Source: an uncultured delta proteobacterium
GTDB lineage: Bacteria > Desulfobacterota > Desulfuromonadia > Geobacterales > DSM-12255
Length of the DNA stretch: 64,000 nt
NCBI GenBank assembly: GCA_963787125.1
Contig: CAWBBV010000016.1
Coordinates: forward strand, 160,001 to 224,000
Direction: 5' to 3'
A program made the position numbers and the translations under genes. Numbering within the stretch: the first letter of the stretch is position 1; every line of letters begins with the position of its first letter. Shown here piece after piece: positions 35,839 to 46,024 of the stretch. The notes beneath the pieces were generated by a model. It was not told where the DNA came from. It saw only the letters and a program-made list of their open reading frames with translations, and searched no databases.

Positions 35839-35941
35839 AACGCTGATGACGCGGATTGAGCGGATTTACGCCGATATTATAAATCATTTTTTGTTTTAGC
35901 TTATCTGCGTAAATCTGCTCAAATCAGATTTGATCCGCGTT
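35839..35941. repeat. Nonamer-repeat long hairpin
   Basis: AACGCTGAT-GACGCGGAT-TGAGCGGAT-TTACGCCGAT pairs with ATCTGCGTAAATCTGCTCAA...ATCCGCGTT. Confidence 0.85.
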
Positions 35942-36010
35942 CTATTGTCTTTGCTTTTACCTGTTTGGTTCCGGCTTTGCCTGCTTAAGATTTTCAAGAA
36001 GGGGGAATTT

Positions 36011-36535
36011 ATGGAATACGCTGAAATAGTGAAGTTTCACGGCCACAGCTGCCTAGGCAGCGCCATCGGCTATCGCATGACCCTGGCCGCCATGAACGCG
36101 CTCGCTGTTACCCGTGCAGATGATGAAGAGCTGGTGGCAATCGTCGAAAATGATGCCTGCGGCGTAGATGCGCTCCAGTATCTGAGCGGCTGCACCTTCG
36201 GCAAAGGGAACCTGATCTTCAGAGATTACGGCAAGCCGGTTTTCACCCTCTTCTCCAGAAATAGCGGTAAAGGGGTGCGAGTGCTCTTCCTCGATACGGC
36301 TCTGCCGGAAGAGTTGCGCGGTGATCGCCAAAAACGTCTTAATTACATTCTCTCAGCCCCGGATGATGCCATTCTGGAAGTCAAGGCGATCGCCATTGAG
36401 GTGCCAAAGCAGGCAAAAATCTACAACAGTGTCAGCTGCGAACGCTGCCATGAATCAGTTATGGATACCCGGCTGAAGGGTGTTAAAGGGCGAATGCTCT
36501 GCATCCCCTGCGTCATTGAATCAGCTTGTGAGTAG
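36011..36535 (+). CDS. FmdE-family protein with C-terminal zinc finger
   Basis: FHGHSC.G, ENDACGVDA, GCTFGKGN, CERC...CIPC. Confidence 0.9.
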   Translation: MEYAEIVKFHGHSCLGSAIGYRMTLAAMNALAVTRADDEELVAIVENDACGVDALQYLSGCTFGKGNLIFRDYGKPVFTLFSRNSGKGVRVLFLDTALPEELRGDRQKRLNYILSAPDDAILEVKAIAIEVPKQAKIYNSVSCERCHESVMDTRLKGVKGRMLCIPCVIESACE

Positions 36536-36547
36536 ACAGGGTTAGTA

Positions 36548-37300
36548 ATGAAACCATTCAGTTCCCAAAACAGCTGCAGTCATCCGCTCTTCCAGGTCGA
36601 TGCCAGAGTGAAACTTACTGTTGCCCTGTCGCTTTTGTTGATGGTAGTCAGCAGCAAAAGTCCGGTCTTCCCGCTTCTGACCGCCGGAACCTGCCTGGTT
36701 CTCTGCTTATCCCTGAAAGTCCGCCTCCGGCTGCTTTTAACCCGCTTTGCCGAACCGCTCTTCATTGCTGTCGTTGTTCTGGTTATAAAGACCGTTGGCA
36801 CAGGCAGCACTCCGCTCTGGAGCGCACAACTCCCCATAGTTGAGATAACTTTGTACCGGGAAGGGCTTATAGAAGGGTTTCGTCTGGCGAGCCGGATTGT
36901 TGGTGGGGTCGCTGTTGTGGCAACGGTCGGCTTCGCGACAACTTTTACGGAACTTTTGGCAGCGCTTTCCTGGTTCAGAATCCCCCGGGAAATCAACGAG
37001 ATCGCCCTGTTTGCCTGGCGCTATCTGTTCGTCCTGGCTGACGACGCCCAAGTGATTCACTCTGCCCAGAAAAACCGGCTGGGTTACGTGGGGGTGCGCC
37101 GCTCGTTCCGCTCCCTGGGCACCCTGAGCGGTGCTCTGGTCATCAAGGCCTTTGATGCCAGCCAGACCATGACGACTGCCATGATGCAGCGTGGTTATGA
37201 TGGCAACATGCCGCTCTTGAAGCATCGGCCTCTCAAATGGCAGGAGTTGTTGCCTGCCGTTATGCTTGTGACGCTAATGGGGGTTTTGTGGGCGCTGTAA
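36548..37300 (+). CDS. cbiQ: Cobalt ECF transporter T component
   Basis: DARVK, RYLFVL, RLGY, AMMQRGYDG. Confidence 0.92.
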   Translation: MKPFSSQNSCSHPLFQVDARVKLTVALSLLLMVVSSKSPVFPLLTAGTCLVLCLSLKVRLRLLLTRFAEPLFIAVVVLVIKTVGTGSTPLWSAQLPIVEITLYREGLIEGFRLASRIVGGVAVVATVGFATTFTELLAALSWFRIPREINEIALFAWRYLFVLADDAQVIHSAQKNRLGYVGVRRSFRSLGTLSGALVIKAFDASQTMTTAMMQRGYDGNMPLLKHRPLKWQELLPAVMLVTLMGVLWAL

Positions 37301-38148
37301 ACAGGCTTTCAATGGCGATTGACGCCTTCCGATATCCCGACGGCACCGTCGCCCTTTCAGATGTGAGGGTTGATGTTGCGGCAGGTGAATTCTGCGGCCT
37401 CCTGGGGGCCAACGGTTCCGGCAAGACCACCCTTTTAAAGATCATGGACGGTCTCATCCGTGATTATCAGGGGAAGATGCTCCTTGACGGCAGCGACATA
37501 CTCAAACTGCATCCCCGCGACATCTACCGTAAGATGGGACTCGTCTTCCAGAACCCTGACGACCAGCTCTTTGCCAGCTCGGTTTTTGAGGATGTTGCCT
37601 TTGGTCCCAGGAACATGGGGTTTGCCGAAGCGACCGTCGCCGAGATGGTGGGAGTAGCTCTCGAACAGGTAGAGATGAGCGCGCTGGCCGGCAAGAACAT
37701 CCATCACTTGAGCTACGGCCAGAAGAAACGGGTCTGTATCGCCGGTCTCCTGGCCATGGGGCATGAGATTCTGCTCCTTGACGAGCCGACGGCCGGGCTT
37801 GACCCGATGGGTGAACAGCGGATGATGGAACTCTTGACAAAGCTTAACCGTGACAGCCGGGTGACGATCGTCATGGCAACTCACAGTGTCGATCTGGTGC
37901 CGCTATTCCTTGATCGCCTCCATATCTTAAGTAAAGGCAGAGTTGTCCGCGGCGGCACACCGGAAGAGGTCTTTACCGCCCCGGCGGAAATGGCGGAGGT
38001 GAAGCTCCGGTTGCCCCATATCGCCGAACTGATCCATCAGCTGAAACATGAAGAGCAGCTGCCGTTTAAAAAAATACCGCTTACTGTTGGCGATGCCAGA
38101 CGAGAGCTGGTAGAAATGATGACTACAGGCAGGAAGGAGATGCAATGA
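37288..38148 (+). CDS. cbiO: Cobalt ECF transporter ATPase (start uncertain)
   Basis: GANGSGKTT, FQNPDDQLF, LSYGQKKR, DEPTAGLD. Confidence 0.92.
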   Translation: MGAVNRLSMAIDAFRYPDGTVALSDVRVDVAAGEFCGLLGANGSGKTTLLKIMDGLIRDYQGKMLLDGSDILKLHPRDIYRKMGLVFQNPDDQLFASSVFEDVAFGPRNMGFAEATVAEMVGVALEQVEMSALAGKNIHHLSYGQKKRVCIAGLLAMGHEILLLDEPTAGLDPMGEQRMMELLTKLNRDSRVTIVMATHSVDLVPLFLDRLHILSKGRVVRGGTPEEVFTAPAEMAEVKLRLPHIAELIHQLKHEEQLPFKKIPLTVGDARRELVEMMTTGRKEMQ

Positions 38149-38531
38149 AAAGGACAGCAGTTCTGATAATGGCCCACGGCAGCCGGATTGCCGCGGCAAA
38201 TGATGCGGCGCGGGAAATTGCCACGATGGTGCAGGAGCTGACGGGACACGAAATCGTCGAAGTCTCGTTTCGCGAGCTGCACGAACCGGATATCCAAAAG
38301 GGGATAGACAACTGCGTTGCCAGGGGGGCCGATAAAATCCTCCTCATCCCTTATTTCCTTTTCCTGGGGGCTCATGTCCAGCACGACCTGCCGGAAGAGA
38401 TTGAAATGGCGCAAAAACGTCATCCAGGCCTGGAGATGGTCATGGGGCCCCATCTTGGCGCCCATCGCAAACTCGCCGAAATCGTCGCTGAAAGAATTGG
38501 TGAAGGTCTGGCGACTGCGGGGTGGAACTGA
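38145..38531 (+). CDS. cbiX: CbiX/SirB-type chelatase
   Basis: AHGSR, PYFLF.GAHV..DLP. Confidence 0.85.
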   Translation: MKRTAVLIMAHGSRIAAANDAAREIATMVQELTGHEIVEVSFRELHEPDIQKGIDNCVARGADKILLIPYFLFLGAHVQHDLPEEIEMAQKRHPGLEMVMGPHLGAHRKLAEIVAERIGEGLATAGWN

Positions 38532-39178
38532 TGTCCGTCCATCTGCGACCTGAAGAGATTGAAGCCGAATCTTTCCGGATTATCGATCTGGAGGCCGGTC
38601 GGCATCACTGGTCGCCGACCCAGTGGCCGCTTATCAGGAGAGTTGTCCATACCAGCGCGGATTTTGACTACGTTAACTCACTGGTCATGGCAGCTGATGC
38701 GGTCTCAGCAGGCGTTAAAGCGCTGCAAGCCGGTCGCGGGATTGTCACTGATACAACCATGGCTCTTGCCGGGATAAGCAAACCGCGGCTGAAACAGTTT
38801 GCCATCGCCTCGGCGTGCTTTGTGGCCGACCCGGCGGTCGCAGCAGAAGCGGCCGCAAAAGGGATAACCCGCTCCATTGTTGCCATGCGCAAGGGGACAG
38901 CCGATCCGGCTAACGGCATCTTTGTCATCGGCAATGCGCCGACAGCTCTCTTTGAGCTGCTGCGTCAGGTACGGGAAGAAGGCTTGCGGCCAGACCTTAT
39001 TGTCGGCCTGCCGGTCGGTTTTGTCGGCGCGGCGGAGAGCAAGGCGGAGTTACTGACTGTTGCCGCGGAGTACGGGATTCCGTATATAAGCAACCGTGGC
39101 AGAAAGGGGGGCTCCAACGTGGCGGCAGCCGTCATTAATGCGCTGCTGATTCTGGCTGACGAGCAGACTGAGGCCTGA
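38531..39178 (+). CDS. cbiC: Cobalt-precorrin-8 methylmutase
   Basis: IEAESF, HTSADF, IGNAPTAL, PVGFVGA, GRKGGS. Confidence 0.95.
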   Translation: MSVHLRPEEIEAESFRIIDLEAGRHHWSPTQWPLIRRVVHTSADFDYVNSLVMAADAVSAGVKALQAGRGIVTDTTMALAGISKPRLKQFAIASACFVADPAVAAEAAAKGITRSIVAMRKGTADPANGIFVIGNAPTALFELLRQVREEGLRPDLIVGLPVGFVGAAESKAELLTVAAEYGIPYISNRGRKGGSNVAAAVINALLILADEQTEA

Positions 39179-40255
39179 GTGAAGAAAGACTTGAGACAGG
39201 GGTATACGACCGGAGCCTGTGCTGCGGCCGCGGCCAGAGGGGCGGCGCTGATGCTGCGGGAGCAGCGGCTCGTCACTGAGGCGGAGATAATCCTGCCAAC
39301 CGGGAGCAGTGCCAGATTCACGCTGCACGGCCAGACCCTGACTGACCGGGGCAGCTCCTGTTTCGTTATCAAGGATGCCGGTGATGACCCGGATATCACC
39401 AACGGCGCGGAGATCCATGCTGCTATTGAGGTCGAATTTTTTACCCCCCACCGGATTGACCTTAAAGGGGGCGTGGGTGTCGGGGTAGTTACCAAACCGG
39501 GGCTGGCCGTTCCGGTGGGAGAAGCGGCAATCAACCCCGTTCCCAGAAAAATGATCCTTGAAACAGTGAAGGAGGTGCTGGCGATGCGTTGCATCCCCGC
39601 TGCCTTCACCATTACCATCTCCATCCCGAACGGTGAGGAACTGGCAAAAAAGACGCTCAACGAGCGCCTCGGCATTATCGGCGGGCTCTCTATCCTCGGC
39701 ACCACCGGGGTGGTAAAACCGATCTCAACCAAGGCCTGGACCGACACTATCGACTGTTCGATAGATGTTGCGCTTGCATCCGGCGCTGAAACAGTTATTC
39801 TCTCCACTGGCAGGACGAGCGAGGTGGCAGCCCAGCGCTTTCTGGCGCACCATGAAACCCTGTCTGAAGAGTCATGTATCATGATGGGAGATCATGTCGG
39901 CTACGCCCTCTCTGCCTGTAAAAACAAGGGTGTGAAAAAAGTGGTCCTGGCAGGCCAGTTCGCCAAGCTGTTAAAAATCGCCTGCGGTCACGAGCAGACC
40001 CATGTCTCCTCTTCTGAACTTGATTTGCAGGCACTGGCGCAGTGGTGCGCCAGCAAAGCGGCAACTGCCGCTTTCGAGCCTTGCGCCCGTCAGGCCAATA
40101 CCGCCCGGCAGGTACTGGTCGATTCAGGATATGATCAAGCGCTTATCCAGCTCGTTTGCACCCGGGCAAAGGCGGCTGCAGAGCGGATGGCGGCGGGACT
40201 TTGCTTGGAAGTGCTCCTGGCAGGGTATGATTCGGAAGTGCTCTATTGCGGTTAA
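39179..40255 (+). CDS. cbiD: Cobalt-precorrin-5B C1-methyltransferase
   Basis: GYTTGACA, KDAGDDPD, GGLSILGTTG. Confidence 0.95.
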   Translation: MKKDLRQGYTTGACAAAAARGAALMLREQRLVTEAEIILPTGSSARFTLHGQTLTDRGSSCFVIKDAGDDPDITNGAEIHAAIEVEFFTPHRIDLKGGVGVGVVTKPGLAVPVGEAAINPVPRKMILETVKEVLAMRCIPAAFTITISIPNGEELAKKTLNERLGIIGGLSILGTTGVVKPISTKAWTDTIDCSIDVALASGAETVILSTGRTSEVAAQRFLAHHETLSEESCIMMGDHVGYALSACKNKGVKKVVLAGQFAKLLKIACGHEQTHVSSSELDLQALAQWCASKAATAAFEPCARQANTARQVLVDSGYDQALIQLVCTRAKAAAERMAAGLCLEVLLAGYDSEVLYCG

Positions 40256-40290
40256 TGCGAAACCTTTATTGAACTTTTACGGAGGGTCTT

Positions 40291-41505
40291 ATGACGCAGC
40301 AGAAAATTTATCTTGTCGGCGCCGGCATCACCGGCTGGGAAGGCTTTGGCAGCAGGGCACTGGAAGTAATCACCAAAGCTGAAGTACTGATCGGTCATCA
40401 GCGTCACCTTGACAATTTCCCCGATTTTACGGGCGAGAAGCAGGAGTTGGAAGACCTTTCAGTCATGCTCGACTTTCTCAAGACAACGGAGAAAAGAGTT
40501 GTTGTCCTTGGCTCCGGTGATCCTAATTTTTTTGGTGTCGGCAGATTCCTCTTGAGAAACCTGCATAAAGAGCGGATCGAGATATTCCCGAATGTTACCA
40601 GCGTTCAGTATGCTTTTGCGCGGATCAAAGAACCGTGGGATGATGCGATTTTCGTCTCAGTCCATGGTCGCGGCCTCGGCAGAGCCATTGACCGGATCAT
40701 CGCGGCCGAAAAGATTGCCGTTCTGACCGACAAGGTCAATAATCCGGCGTCCATCGCCAGGGAGCTGATAGCCCGGGGAGCTGAAGGGTATGATGCCTGG
40801 CTCTGTGAAAATATGGGGCTTAGCGATGAAAAGTTCACTAAAACCGATCTGAAAGGGCTGCTGACCATAACGGCGTCGGAACTGAACATCCTCATTCTGA
40901 TAAAGGTGTGGGAGCCGAATCTGGTTCACTATCCGCTCATCGGCATCGATGACGACGAGTTTGCCACGGTGAAAAAGCTGATAACCAAGCAGGAGGTGCG
41001 GGCGGTTACCCTTGCCAAGCTCCAGCTGCAGGACGACTTTACTATTTGGGATATCGGCGCCGGCAGCGGTTCCATCTCCATCGAAGCGAGTAATCTCGTC
41101 CCCAACGGCAAGCTTTTTGCCATCGAGCACAATCCCCAGTGCATCGCCTTTATCCGGGAAAATCTGCAAAAATTTGTTGCCCGCAATGTCAAGCTCATCG
41201 AAGGTGAAGCGCCGGATGTCCTGGAAGATCTGCCGGATCCGGACAGGGTTTTTATCGGCGGAACCGGCGGCATGCTGGAAGAAGTGATTGATGCGGTTGA
41301 CCGGCGGCTTAAACCGGAAGGGCTGATCGTGCTGAACGCCGTAACGCTCAACACCCTGTCCAAATCAGTCGAATTTCTGGAAGACCACGGCTATACCGTC
41401 GAGGTGACCTGCGTCAACATTGCCAAGACGCGGGCGCTCAGCGAGTACAAACTGCTGGAAGCGCAGAATCCGGTTTACATCATCTCCGCGGCCAAGGAAC
41501 GCTGA
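40291..41505 (+). CDS. cbiET: Bifunctional precorrin-6Y methyltransferase/decarboxylase
   Basis: SGDPNFFG, SVHGR, ITKQEVR, WDIGAGSGS. Confidence 0.92.
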   Translation: MTQQKIYLVGAGITGWEGFGSRALEVITKAEVLIGHQRHLDNFPDFTGEKQELEDLSVMLDFLKTTEKRVVVLGSGDPNFFGVGRFLLRNLHKERIEIFPNVTSVQYAFARIKEPWDDAIFVSVHGRGLGRAIDRIIAAEKIAVLTDKVNNPASIARELIARGAEGYDAWLCENMGLSDEKFTKTDLKGLLTITASELNILILIKVWEPNLVHYPLIGIDDDEFATVKKLITKQEVRAVTLAKLQLQDDFTIWDIGAGSGSISIEASNLVPNGKLFAIEHNPQCIAFIRENLQKFVARNVKLIEGEAPDVLEDLPDPDRVFIGGTGGMLEEVIDAVDRRLKPEGLIVLNAVTLNTLSKSVEFLEDHGYTVEVTCVNIAKTRALSEYKLLEAQNPVYIISAAKER

Positions 41506-41507
41506 AT

Positions 41508-42209
41508 ATGGCGACAATCTACGCAGTCGGCGTCGGTCCCGGCGATCCCGAACTCCTCACCCGCAAAGCAGAACGCATCATCCGGCAGGCGCCAGTTATC
41601 TGCGCCCCTACCGGCGCCGCCGATGCGGCCAGCTACGCCCTCTCCATCGTTGAGCATCTCCTGGATCGCTCAAAGCAGGAGATCATCACCCGCGTCTTTC
41701 CCATGATGAAAAAAGGTCCGGAGCTGGAAGCCGCCTGGGCAGAGGTTGCTAAAGAAGTCATCGAGCGGATTGATAACGGCCTGGATGTGGCATTTATTAC
41801 CATCGGCGACCCTTGCCTATACTCCACCTTCCTCTACATCCAGCGTCTCATCAGCGAAAAGCGGGCCGATATCCCCATTGAAATCATCCCCGGAATCTCC
41901 AGCATCAACGCTGCCGCCGCGGCTGCCGGTATTCCGCTCGGCATTGCCGGGGAGCGGATCGCCATCCTCCCGGCTACCTATGAAGACTATGAACTCAGGA
42001 AAACCCTGCTGGAATTTGACACTGTCGTGCTGATGAAGGTGAGCCGGGTCTTTGACCGGGTCTATGCCCTGCTGCAGGAGCTGGGCATGACGGACAAAGC
42101 GGTTTTTGTCCGTCGTGTCGGCTCAAGCCAGCAGGAGGTCGTTTTCGACGTCTCAACACTTGTCGGCAGGGAACTGGATTATCTCTCCATGCTGATTGTG
42201 CGGAGATAG
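41508..42209 (+). CDS. cbiL: Cobalt-precorrin-2 C20-methyltransferase
   Basis: GVGPGDPELLT, GDPCLYST, VLMK. Confidence 0.92.
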   Translation: MATIYAVGVGPGDPELLTRKAERIIRQAPVICAPTGAADAASYALSIVEHLLDRSKQEIITRVFPMMKKGPELEAAWAEVAKEVIERIDNGLDVAFITIGDPCLYSTFLYIQRLISEKRADIPIEIIPGISSINAAAAAAGIPLGIAGERIAILPATYEDYELRKTLLEFDTVVLMKVSRVFDRVYALLQELGMTDKAVFVRRVGSSQQEVVFDVSTLVGRELDYLSMLIVRR

Positions 42210-42305
42210 GAGGCGTCTACCTTGATAAGTATCGGCTAAAATATATTTGATAGTTTTCATTCAGATGGTTATTATCTGCTATATATTCAGCCGCAGGAGA
42301 CACCG

Positions 42306-43217
42306 ATGAACGTAAAAACAGTTGCAACCATAGCCGCCCTTCTCGCCCTTTCTGCCCCTTTGGCTTTCGCCGAGGAGATCAATCCGGTTCTCGGTAAAGT
42401 CGGCGATTTCGCCATCCGCGAAACCGACCTGGACAGGCTGATCGCCAGTCAACCAACCCAGGCGCAGAAACAGTATCTGGAAAAACCGGAACTGAAGATT
42501 TCACTCGTGCGGGACATCCTTCTTAAAAAAGCCATTGCCCTGAAGGCGAAAAAAGATGGCTACGACAGGAAACCCGAATACCGGGAGAAACTCTCATATC
42601 TTGTGGACGACTTTCTGGCCCAGGAATATCTGACCAGAGTTATATTGGCTGACATCAAGGTTCCCGAAGAAGAGCTGAAAAACTACTTCAAGGAGCATGA
42701 AAAAGAGTTCCTGATTACCGAGACAGTCAAGGCACGGCACATATTTGTCCAGTTACCGACCAAGGCAACCGAAGCAGAGCAGGGAACCGCCCGTAAAAAG
42801 GCGGAAGAAATCCTGGCACGCCTGAAAAAAGGTGATGATTTTGCCAAAGTAGCGCTCGAAGCTTCTGATGATGCCGACACCGCCAAGAAAGGTGGCGAGC
42901 TTGGCCTGCTGGCACCGGGGAAAACTAATTCGGAAGAGTTTGAAAAAGCCGCCTTCGCCTTGAAGAGTGGCGAAATCAGCGGCATAGTGCAGTCACCGTT
43001 CGGCTTTCACATTATAAAAGTGGACGAAAGAACCGAAAAGCGAACAGCAACTTACGAAGAGTCACGGGCTTATATTGAGTCAGTCCTGAAAAAAGACCAT
43101 GAGCAGAAAACGGGCGAAGAGTTCATCGCCAAGATCTACAAGGAGAGCGGGCTGGAGATCCTGGCCGACAAGAATCCCGTCAAGCCGGAAGAGCCGCTAA
43201 AGCAGCCTGTCAATTAG
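42306..43217 (+). CDS. Parvulin/PpiC-type periplasmic foldase
   Basis: Signal peptide; ARHI, GGELG, SPFGFHIIK. Confidence 0.9.
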   Translation: MNVKTVATIAALLALSAPLAFAEEINPVLGKVGDFAIRETDLDRLIASQPTQAQKQYLEKPELKISLVRDILLKKAIALKAKKDGYDRKPEYREKLSYLVDDFLAQEYLTRVILADIKVPEEELKNYFKEHEKEFLITETVKARHIFVQLPTKATEAEQGTARKKAEEILARLKKGDDFAKVALEASDDADTAKKGGELGLLAPGKTNSEEFEKAAFALKSGEISGIVQSPFGFHIIKVDERTEKRTATYEESRAYIESVLKKDHEQKTGEEFIAKIYKESGLEILADKNPVKPEEPLKQPVN

Positions 43218-43295
43218 TAAGTAAGAAGTTATATTCTGCGCGTTTCTGGCAGAAAATAACTTCGTTAACGCACTTATCCTGTTTGTCAGGGTTAG
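43215..43295. repeat. 81-bp dispersed intergenic repeat, copy 2
   Basis: 72/81 identical to 21411-21491. Confidence 0.85.
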
Positions 43296-43313
43296 AAATT
43301 TCGGAGGTGTGGC

Positions 43314-44801
43314 GTGCCGATTATTGACCGTTACCTGGAAGCGATGCAGAAACAGCGGGCTGAAGTTATCGTTCTGAAAATCGGCGTCCCGGTTGAGATG
43401 ACGGCGTTTGGCCAGACCCGCCCGGTTTCAAATAAAGCGACGACTGCAGATCAGGTCCAAGCCGTTCTCACCGAGATTATTCCTGATTTCCAGCAGCGGC
43501 TGCACGATGGTCGGGGAGTTTTCCCTTACCCAAGCGCTTTCGGCAATTTCCAACTGCAGGTCGTAGCAGATGCAAACGGCTCATCCCTGACTATCCGGAC
43601 GATCCCCGATTCAGCCCCACCGCAATCAGCGGAGCCAGCCACATATCAAAGTGCCCCGGCACAGTCTGAGTTCAGGAAGACCGCCACTACTGCGGCAACC
43701 AGCTCCCTTGCCCATCTCGACGAACTGTTCCATCAGATGCTCGACATGAAGGCCTCGGATCTCCATCTCAAAAGCGGCAAGACTCCCATGCTTCGGATCG
43801 ACGGCTCCATGGCGCCCATGCCGGGGCGCGAACCTCTTGATCCGGAAGCGCTTGATGCCCTCCTCCATGAAATCATTCCGGATAAAAACCGGCTGGAATT
43901 CAGAGAGACAAACGATACCGACTTTGCCTATGTGCTCGGCGAACGCTCGCGGATGCGCGCCAACGTCTTTCGTGATATAGCCGGGATAGGTGCGGTTTTC
44001 CGCCAGATCCCGACAAAAATTCTGACTGCGGAGCAACTCGGTCTGCCGGAGGTAGTCCTAAGCTTCTGTGAATTTGATAAGGGGCTGGTGGTTGTAACCG
44101 GCCCGACCGGTTCAGGGAAGTCGACCACTCTGGCGGCAATGATCGACTATATCAACGACAACCGGGATGACCACCTGATAACTATCGAAGATCCTGTTGA
44201 ATTCGTCCACAAAGACAAGAAATGCCACATCAATCAGCGCGAAGTCGGCACCCACACCAAAGGGTTCAAACACGCTCTGCGGGCGGCGCTGCGGGAAGAT
44301 CCGGATATCGTCCTTGTGGGTGAGATGCGGGACCTTGAAACTGTGGCGATCGCCATAGAAACCGCCGAGACCGGTCATCTCGTGTTCGGCACGCTGCACA
44401 CCAACACAGCAGCTTCAACTATCGACCGGCTTATCGACCAGTTCCCGACCGACCGGCAGCAGCAGGTGCGCACCATGCTGTCCGAGTCGCTGAAAGGGGT
44501 CGTGGCGCAGACGCTGCTGAAGAAAAAGGGTGGCGGCCGGGTAGCAGCTCTGGAAATTCTGGTGGTGAATAGTGCCGTATCCAATCTTATCCGCGAAGGA
44601 AAGACGTTCCAGATCCCTTCCATCATGCAGACCGGCAAAAATATCGGCATGCGGACACTCAACGACTCCCTCCTTGAGCTGGTAAAGACAAACATAGTTG
44701 AGGCTCAAGAAGCATTTGACCGGTCGCCGCAAAAGAAGGAGTTCGGGCCGATGCTCACCAGGAGCGGTTACCGGGGAGCATGGAGCGACGATAAGGGGTA
44801 G
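43314..44801 (+). CDS. pilT: Type IV pilus retraction ATPase paralog with N-terminal extension
   Basis: ASDLHL, GPTGSGKSTT, ALREDPD, ETGHLVFGTLHT, NLIRE. Confidence 0.92.
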   Translation: MPIIDRYLEAMQKQRAEVIVLKIGVPVEMTAFGQTRPVSNKATTADQVQAVLTEIIPDFQQRLHDGRGVFPYPSAFGNFQLQVVADANGSSLTIRTIPDSAPPQSAEPATYQSAPAQSEFRKTATTAATSSLAHLDELFHQMLDMKASDLHLKSGKTPMLRIDGSMAPMPGREPLDPEALDALLHEIIPDKNRLEFRETNDTDFAYVLGERSRMRANVFRDIAGIGAVFRQIPTKILTAEQLGLPEVVLSFCEFDKGLVVVTGPTGSGKSTTLAAMIDYINDNRDDHLITIEDPVEFVHKDKKCHINQREVGTHTKGFKHALRAALREDPDIVLVGEMRDLETVAIAIETAETGHLVFGTLHTNTAASTIDRLIDQFPTDRQQQVRTMLSESLKGVVAQTLLKKKGGGRVAALEILVVNSAVSNLIREGKTFQIPSIMQTGKNIGMRTLNDSLLELVKTNIVEAQEAFDRSPQKKEFGPMLTRSGYRGAWSDDKG

Positions 44802-44849
44802 CGCTTAACTTACAGGAGAAGGATTTTTTCAGCGTTACGGAGGGATACA

Positions 44850-45515
44850 ATGGCGACTATACTTGATATAAACAGCTGGAGACTCTTTACTGATCTTGCC
44901 GCAGACGAGATAAAGGTTATTTCCGCTGCGTGTGAAGAGCGGCTGCTCATGGCCGGCGAGGAGCTTTTTGCTGAAGGTGACGCCGGTGACTCTATCTGGA
45001 TGATCCTTTCCGGCAGGGTCGAAGTCTACAAGAATATCCGCGGCGATGTTGACCGGACGCTGGCATCACTTGGGGCCGGTGATGTTATCGGTGAGATGAG
45101 CTTTATCGATCAGTCCCGCCGCAGCGCAGGAGCAAGAACAAGTGAGGCAAGTGAGTTCCAGCTGCTCTCCGCAGCGGCTTTCAGGCAGATCCAGACAGAA
45201 CACCCGGCCATAGCCGCCGGATTTTACCGGAATATCGCCTCGATCCTGGCTGATCGGGTCAGAAATACCAACGATCTTTACCGGGAAAGTGTGGCCTTCA
45301 GCATCGAGGCGACCGGCGCCGGTGCTCTGAATCTGGTGTCTCTGAGTGAGGAGCTGAAACCGGTGGTAATATCAATCAGCGGCGGGGTAACGGTAAACGG
45401 CAGAATCCTGCAGATGGACAGTACTGCTGCCGGATATACGCTGGTAATCAAGGAAAACAGCGGCAAGTTGGCGATTATCCCTTATCATGCGGTGCAGAAG
45501 ATCGAGCTGGAATAG
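44850..45515 (+). CDS. Cyclic-nucleotide-binding domain protein
   Basis: LF.EGD.GD, GEMSF, RSA. Confidence 0.85.
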   Translation: MATILDINSWRLFTDLAADEIKVISAACEERLLMAGEELFAEGDAGDSIWMILSGRVEVYKNIRGDVDRTLASLGAGDVIGEMSFIDQSRRSAGARTSEASEFQLLSAAAFRQIQTEHPAIAAGFYRNIASILADRVRNTNDLYRESVAFSIEATGAGALNLVSLSEELKPVVISISGGVTVNGRILQMDSTAAGYTLVIKENSGKLAIIPYHAVQKIELE

Positions 45516-45610
45516 CCCTGTCAGCTCCGGCTCCAGATCGTGTTCAATAGCGACGAGTCGGGCTTGATGGCGTGGATGTTGCGCAGGACGGGCGATGGAG
45601 ACGATATGGC

Positions 45611-46024
45611 TCAGTTGCGGACGGTCATGAGATAGCTTGCAATCACCGGCAGATCTGCTTCAGCCCAGTCCAGCGTATGCAGCAGTTCAGCCGGCAGCCA
45701 GGCAATGGCGGCATGTTCATGCAGCACTATGTCGCCTGCCTCAATTGCACATACAAACGGGTAAAGCGTAACTGAAAAAGTTTGATAATGATGCGTACTC
45801 ACCGGCAGATTCCTGCCAACGTTAATCTCTACCCCCATCTCCTCTATCAGTTCACGTCGCAGGCACTCTTCAGCGGTCTCGCCCGAATCAATCTTGCCAC
45901 CGGGGAACTCCCACTTGAGAGGCAGACTCATGGAGGCGCTTCTCTGGGCGGCAAGGACAAGTCCGCTTTGCTCGATGATTGCACAGGCAACCGCTAGCTT
46001 TCTGTTTGGCGAAAACTGCCTCAT
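45611..46024 (-). CDS. MutT/NudG-like Nudix hydrolase
   Basis: WEFPGGK..GE....CL.REL.EE. Confidence 0.92.
   Translation of the reverse strand: MRQFSPNRKLAVACAIIEQSGLVLAAQRSASMSLPLKWEFPGGKIDSGETAEECLRRELIEEMGVEINVGRNLPVSTHHYQTFSVTLYPFVCAIEAGDIVLHEHAAIAWLPAELLHTLDWAEADLPVIASYLMTVRN

Noticed and set aside
38965..39882. 305-aa minus-strand ORF (and similar ones at 27012-27830, 20622-21338, 15704-16375)
   Set aside because: Antisense shadows of well-supported genes in GC-rich DNA
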